A DNA stretch of 60,789 nt, counting the filler, from Bipalium vagum (lineage: Eukaryota): NCBI GenBank assembly GCA_037834085.1. It is 3 parts of 3 records of this genome, joined end to end, with 100 filler letters (N's around TTAATTAATTAA, not from the genome) between each part and the next. Parts side by side here need not be neighbours in the genome. Positions count along the whole stretch, not along the records: positions 36,249 to 60,789 come from JBBMKC010200163.1; 2 more parts are not named here. One strand, given 5' to 3'. Below the pieces are notes generated by a model, which saw only the letters and a list, made by a program, of their open reading frames with translations, made no database searches and was not told where the DNA came from. This document shows positions 54,101 to 60,789 of the stretch, one piece after another; position 1 is the first letter of the stretch; every line of letters starts with the position of its first letter. Position numbers and translations under genes: made by a program.

Positions 54101-57100
54101 TAAAATTATTTATATTTTTCTTATTAAAACCATTTTTGTTTATTTTATTGGTAAATAAAAATATTATGAAGATTGATTGATCAAATATTTCACATTCTTC
54201 CTGCTGAAATGAGAAATTTTTTTTTATTTATATTTTATTTGATAAAATTTTTATTAAGTAATAATAAAATTTAAAATAAATATATAATAAAAGTTAAATT
54301 TGTTAAAAATAAATAAATAATTAATTAAATTAATAAGAATTTTATTGATTTTAGTATCCAATAATATGATTGCATAATTGTAAAATTATATTTTTTTATT
54401 GTGTAATAAAAAGACAAAAGATGATTAATATTTTTTATATATGCATATTTATTTTAAAACTTTTTTGTCTAACAATTATTTTTGAAAAATATAAATTGAA
54501 GTATTAATAATTACTTATCACAAAACTTATGAAACAAAAAAGTGGTCAAACTATCATGTTTAATTTAAATTGTTGAGCATTTTTTCCACAAGATACGAGT
54601 GAAATAATAATAATAATAAAATATAATTTTAAAAAATTAATCAAATTGGTTATATCAATTGATTATAATTTGATTTTTAAAAGTATCATTTCTATAAATA
54701 AAAATTTAATAAAAAATTGAAAAAATTATATAACCTTATTTCAATTATGATATATTTCAATAAAATTTGGTTATACTTTAACATTTTTCTTCAAAGGTAG
54801 TAATATTTTCTTTAGTAAATACTCTTTCAATTTAAATTTTGTTAAATAGTTAACAATACAATAGCATTGATATTATTTTGTTAAGATTTCTGCTATATGA
54901 TATTTAATCTTAACATATAAAATATTTTTCAAATGAAATATAACTGATTATAAAACTGGTAAATATCAATAAGAATTTTCATAAATGAATAAAAGGATAA
55001 TATATTCAAAATCTCTACATTTCACTTAAAATGTTAATTACCAAACTGAACTTTATTATTATTACTATTATTTGTGGTCTATTCTTTTCTGTTCTTTACT
55101 TTACTGTTCTGCTCCATCTAAGTTTTATGTATTTTAAATATTTTTTGTAAATTTCAAATTGGTTTTACAACTTTTCAGAATGCCTTTTATTTATTTTTGA
55201 TCGATAAACTTTTTTCTTGTTTTATTATTTTTACTAAAATTTATTTGTCCAATTTTCTCTTGTGTGATGTATCTCTAATTATTATCTAAACATATAAATG
55301 ATTTTTCAAATGTCTCATCTCATTTTCTTTATTTTTGGTAAATCTTTTAACATACTAAGTATTGATTTGTCGAAACCAAAAATAAAATTCCAATTAATAT
55401 AATATATTTTTATATAATTTATTTAAAAGCGTTTCACTAGAGATGTGGTATATTGAAAAATCTGATACACCAGTTGATTATATAATTATTCTGAACTTTT
55501 TAAAGGGTCTTTGAAATATTTCTCAGAGATAAAATAAATTTACGAAAGATTTTCTGTTATTGGAAGATACATTCATTAATTTACCAGTTTTGTTGCGGGA
55601 GTGATTTTACGAGAAAGACTGCCAGCATTTGAACGAATGTTATGGAGAGCATGTCGTGGAAATGTCTATTTGAAACAAGCGGAAATAGATACAGAACTTG
55701 AAGATCCGATTTCGGTATTCCATAGCTGTTTTACTAATACTATTGATTGTTTGAATCGCAGAGTGTAAAGGTTGAAAAATCTGTTTTTCTCATATTTTTC
55801 CATGGTGATCAATTGAAAAGTCGAGTTATAAAAATATGCGAAGGGTAATTTTTATTATTTATATTTTTACAATCAATATTCATTATTATTTTTTTTTAAT
55901 TTTAAAAATATTTATTTAAGTTTTATATGTAAGATGTTCATTCTGTTAAAAATTGATATTTACTGAGGTTGTCGATTTAAATTTTTCAAAAAAAAGGTTT
56001 AAAAAAGTAAAGAAAAATAATTTTGAATTAAAGAATTTGATATAAATATTAGATTGTTAATTTAGAAATTATCGTTTTAATTATTTTAAGAATCAGTAAT
56101 GCATAAACTACCAAAAAGCCAAGAAGTTTTAGTTTTATCATTTATCTCATTTATAAGGTTTTATTAATTTTATCTTTCATTTCATTCAATTTTTATTTGG
56201 AAAAAAAAAATTTGAATTATGGATGACCAAAAATACAAATTCTAATTTCTATTTGCTATGATTTCAAACAAGAAGACTGTCGCAGAATCATACTGAACAA
56301 TATGTGATATGTTGATATTTTTATTAGTAATAGTCAATGCTCGAGAACTTACTGAGATGTTCAAATGTAGTCACTTAGTAAAAGGAAATCATTTACATTT
56401 AATGGGCAAAAAAATAGATTTGGCAATGTATCTCAAATTCTTTTAGTGTTGAAAATATGACAGTATGTATTAATGCGGAGTCAAATTATATTGCACAAAT
56501 TCAAGAATAGTTATTTGACTGAAAAAATCCGTTCTTCGGATGAAATTTGGATACGAAAGTAAGAGTGGTTTATTCCTAATGAAAAGCTAATTTCGAATTC
56601 TCAACAGAAATGAATCGAAATAACAGCGATGCTGTTTATGTTGGAACATGAATGGCTTAGTTTACTTTGAATTGCTGAATTCTGGTCAGATAATTACAGG
56701 TGCTCTGTACGCAGAACAATTAGATCGCGAACATCAGATGTTTCAATTACAGAATGTGGACACGATAAAAATTAATTTTATATTGAACAGCGCTCGACCA
56801 CCCCCGGCAAAAGTTGTTCAGGAAATAATTAAAGAAATAAGTTGGAAAGTTCTGTTCTCCGTCATATAGTACTACTCTCGCCGTATCAAATTACCATTTA
56901 TTCAGGTCAATATGGCACTTGATGCCGGAAGAAATTCAAAATTTCAGAAAATACTTCATTTTCCAGAAAACCTAGTTCATAGTGAAAGAGAGCGAAAAGT
57001 CATTGACATTCGTGGAAATTGTTTTTTTAGTTTAATATAATCATATTTTTTTAAACATAAGAATTCATCTTTTAAAAAATACGCATTCAGCTTTGGACTT

Positions 57101-58868
57101 AATCTTTAAAATATCAATTTTTACTTATGGTTTGTTATCTTCTATCAAATTAAATATTTATAAAAATCAATTTTGTGACAATCATAATTATTATCAATAT
57201 TATTATTAGTTTATTTTCATTTTTATTGAATTTATTTTTTTAACAAAATCTGTGGTTAACTTAAAATAATTAATAAATCATTATTGATTATTTCGATTTT
57301 TGAGAAATTGACGTTCTCCAAAGTATTCACACAAACGAATATTTCTATAACTGAGATTATTTAGAAAGTTGATAGTTATAACTTTTTGCATATTATTGGG
57401 TATTGAACTTATTGATTTGAATAATAATCTAGTGACCACCTATTTCTTTGATACAGTAACATTTTTGTCAACCTTTGTTATTGATTTGATAGATTAAATA
57501 GAAATATAACAAGATATGTTATAGATGATATAATTGATTTTGCATATCGAAATCGGTCGCAAGAAACAAAAATTGACAATTTTTCAAAATCTAACAATAA
57601 ATATCACATATTTTATAAATGTGCTTGGTTTATTACAGATCATAATTCCCTTTATTATTTATTGAAGTTGTCAGTTAATTATGTTTCCGGTTCTTAATCA
57701 TCCAAATTCTATATGATATTCAAATGTTACTTTGTCGTGTCATGTTTAGGGTCAATATTATAATGAAGATTTTCTATGAGGATTTTTAAAAATAAACGTT
57801 AGTTTTTTGTGTAAAAATCGATTTGGATTCACATTTTTTTATTCTAGATAACTTTTTGATTTGTAATTATCTTTTTGTAACCTCATTCTTTAGTTCAGAA
57901 GATTTCATAATGAAAATATTTTATATCTTGCAGGAATTATCGATTTCTTTTTTCATTAATTTCTCCTTCTATTGGTTTCTTATGTTCACAGAAAAACGAG
58001 AATTTTTAAAGATTTCAATTTTTAAATCTGTGAACTAAATGTTTGTAGGAACAAAAGATATCTCATTCATTTTCTTTTTTTCATCTTTATTTTGTGTAAT
58101 GCTCTGACATGAGAACAACTGATTTCAGCGATAATCAGTTTCGAAAAGTCTCACAGTAAAAAAGAATTACATTCATATTTTAAGAATAACTGTTAATAAT
58201 TCTTTAAATCGATAATTATAATTTTAATAGTAAAAAAGTAATTTTATTTCTCAAATATGATTTTGAAATTGAATTTTCAAGTCATGTTTCTGGTTTTCGA
58301 GTATGTTGATAGTATTTACATTGAGAAATATGTAACAATTTGGTTTATGTGTAAGTCTCAAGTTTCTGTTTTTTATCGAGGCTATTTGATGAGAAGAAAG
58401 TCTAATTTTAATTAATGTTGGCAATCGATAAGATAGTATTGATTGAAACTGTGCACATATTTCCCAATAGAGTGTTCCTGAAATGAGAATGGTACAGAAA
58501 AACGAATTTGAAATGATTTCAAAACCATAATAATACATGTATATTTGAAAATGAGCCAGAAAACATGGTACCGCCTTACGTTGTAAGCCCGCATAAAATG
58601 ATTTAGGAATTTTAACTGAAATCTAAAATTATAATTTAATCAATTAAATTAATTTGTTAATAGATTAGTACTTAACATGATCTTGTAATCCATTAGATTC
58701 CATGGAACTATCTATCCATGTCCAGATTCTCAAACTGAACGACGAGAAATGGCTATTGGTGTTATGTCGAGAATAGAAGACTTGAAAACAGTTTTGAACC
58801 AAACTCAAGACCATCGACACAGAGTGCTAATGGCGGCATCAAAAAACTTAAAGAATTGGTTCTGCAAA
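51144..58868 (+). CDS. ATP6V0A1: V-type proton ATPase 116 kDa subunit a, spliced, 3' end outside the window
   Basis: [93 protein letters not shown]. Exon blocks ~51144-51795, 55588-55844, 58698-58868. The specific paralogue number is not determinable. Confidence 0.9.
52053..52237. other. Assembly gap
   Basis: Run of N. Confidence 0.95.
56220..57110 (+). mobile_element. Degenerate mariner element
   Basis: [41 protein letters not shown]. Confidence 0.8.
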
Positions 58869-59719
58869 GTTGGTGATAAGATAGTTTAATAATATTATTA
58901 TTGAAAATAAAGAAAAATCATTAATTCCAATAATTGTTTAAAAATTTTACTCTTAACATTTTAAGTCCTTTATTCTCGTTTGCTTTTACATTGTGGTGAG
59001 TATCAGATTATAATTTACATAAAATTTTCATCATGAAAATAATTATTCTCAGCATATATTAAGAAATTTTGAGTCGAGTAATCAATTATATTTATTTTTT
59101 GTTTTAATTATATATTATTTTATGTTTAAGGAAACTTAACACATTATTTAATTTATTTATTATTTAATTTTTTGCACTTCATATACTTTTTATTGAAAAT
59201 AAATTAATAATAATCATTTGATTATATTGATAACCACGGGTCTGATCTGTAGAAGAGTATTTTAAAATGAATATTTTCAGAATGCTTTTAAATTTGTAAA
59301 TTTTACCTTAAAAACTAGTTTTCAATAAAAATCAATAAATTTCTTTAATTCAACAAAAATTTTATGGAAGCGGAGTTTATGTATGTACGCGAATATTTTT
59401 CATTCTAACCGGAAACAGAGATGCTATTATTATTGTATATTACAATGTGATTGGATGAATGCAAATTTCAACAATCTTCCTTTCTAATTACGATCTTACT
59501 TTTCATTTATTGATCATTTTTTATTCATATAAGCAGATAAGTTCGAAAATAATCAAAAAATTTTGATTTGATAATTGTTTTTTATTTCTCATGATTTCTT
59601 TCATTCATTACAGAGAAAATATAAAAAATATTAAGATTGCATATAAATCGATGATTAAAAAATTGATAATAAAGGAAATTATAGGTTTATTAATTGTAGA
59701 ATACATTTAAAAAATTATG

Positions 59720-60450
59720 GCTAGTGTCCTTAGGATCATTGGCTTGTTGAAATATGAAGTCACGGCTAATTGAACGGATACCACGTGGCACTACATTTCG
59801 AATAAGAATTTTCTTAGTCTTCATTTTTTCATAGTACCATCAATTTTATGATGATTCTACTACCACGACCAATGAAACATCCCCAAACCATAACTTATCC
59901 ACTTCCATGCTTGACTGTTGGTAATAAACATTGAGGTATCATTTTTCAGAGAGATTTCGTCTAACTAACGATAACAACCAAATATTTTGAATTTAGATTC
60001 GTAACTCCAAAGTACATTTCTTCATTGCTCTAAAGTTCAGTTTCGATGTTGATGAGCCCATTGGAAACGCTTTTTTTATTCCGTGGTCTAAACATCGACT
60101 TTTTTACTGCCACACAACCATTAAGCCCACCATTTTTCAAACGTCTTACTGTTGCAACCGATTCATGACTTTTCTTTTTTCTATTCAGAATGGAACGTAT
60201 TTCTGGTGCAGATAATAATCGTCCGTTACGTTTACCGGTAAGCATAACATACTGTTTTTCTCGTGGTGTGGTTAATTTTTGGGGCCTGATCGACGGTGGT
60301 CATTATTTGAGTGAATTTCTTCAAATCTGGTGAAATTGCACTGTACCCCTTTAAGGAAAACCTGTATTTTTATCGCAATTTGAGGAAATGATAATCGCCT
60401 TTTAAGCACACGACGTTTGTCAATCGGTATTTTCTTAGACTTGTACATAT
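59720..60450 (-). mobile_element. Degenerate Tc1 transposase
   Basis: TVRRLKNGGLNGCVAVKK, PTVKHGSG.VMVWGCF, FQQANDPKDT on the minus strand. Confidence 0.85.
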
Positions 60451-60789
60451 TTTCTAAAATAGACGACAGTAATCAAAACGAATAGACAAATAATATAGAG
60501 ATTATTGGCATAAATATATTTAAATTATATGCACAATTACTTTAAATTTATTAAAAATGTTCATATATCCATGAATAAATACTTATAAAGGGTTTTAGAA
60601 AAGTTAGTTATAACAAAGAAAATGGACTTGAATGTCGAGTATAATTCAAAATGTTCTATCCGATATAAGTGTCCATTTTATCATTTTTCATGTTAGACCT
60701 ACGCTCCTTTAGTTAAGTCTGTTCACCCCACTTAATTGAATGATATAAATGATAATATACATAGATTTTAATACATTTTTTATGTTAAT

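Overview
AT-rich eukaryotic (animal-type) scaffold read with the standard genetic code. It has five intron-containing genes: a 5'-truncated Rho-associated kinase (ROCK, +), a PX-domain SGK3-like kinase (-), FBXL16 (+), the m-AAA protease AFG3L2 (+) and a 3'-truncated V-ATPase a subunit (+). Introns fall into two classes: about 40-70 nt, often with degenerate donors, and kb-sized ones filled with decayed transposons (mariner, Tc1/Tc3, maT, pogo, Gypsy, an RLE non-LTR fragment, solo-LTR-like repeats). The top finding is a ~290 bp non-coding miniature LTR retrotransposon (TRIM) at 10721-11007. Its 114-bp TG...CA LTR is a tRNA-Ala-like cloverleaf wrapped in inverted repeats, and it has a tRNA primer-binding site and a polypurine tract; this is the Helenus/Cassandra type of small-RNA-gene-in-LTR element. 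A ~0.9-kb LTR-like family with a GC-rich hairpin followed by a splice donor is also present. All calls come from manual reading; no searches or folding programs were run.
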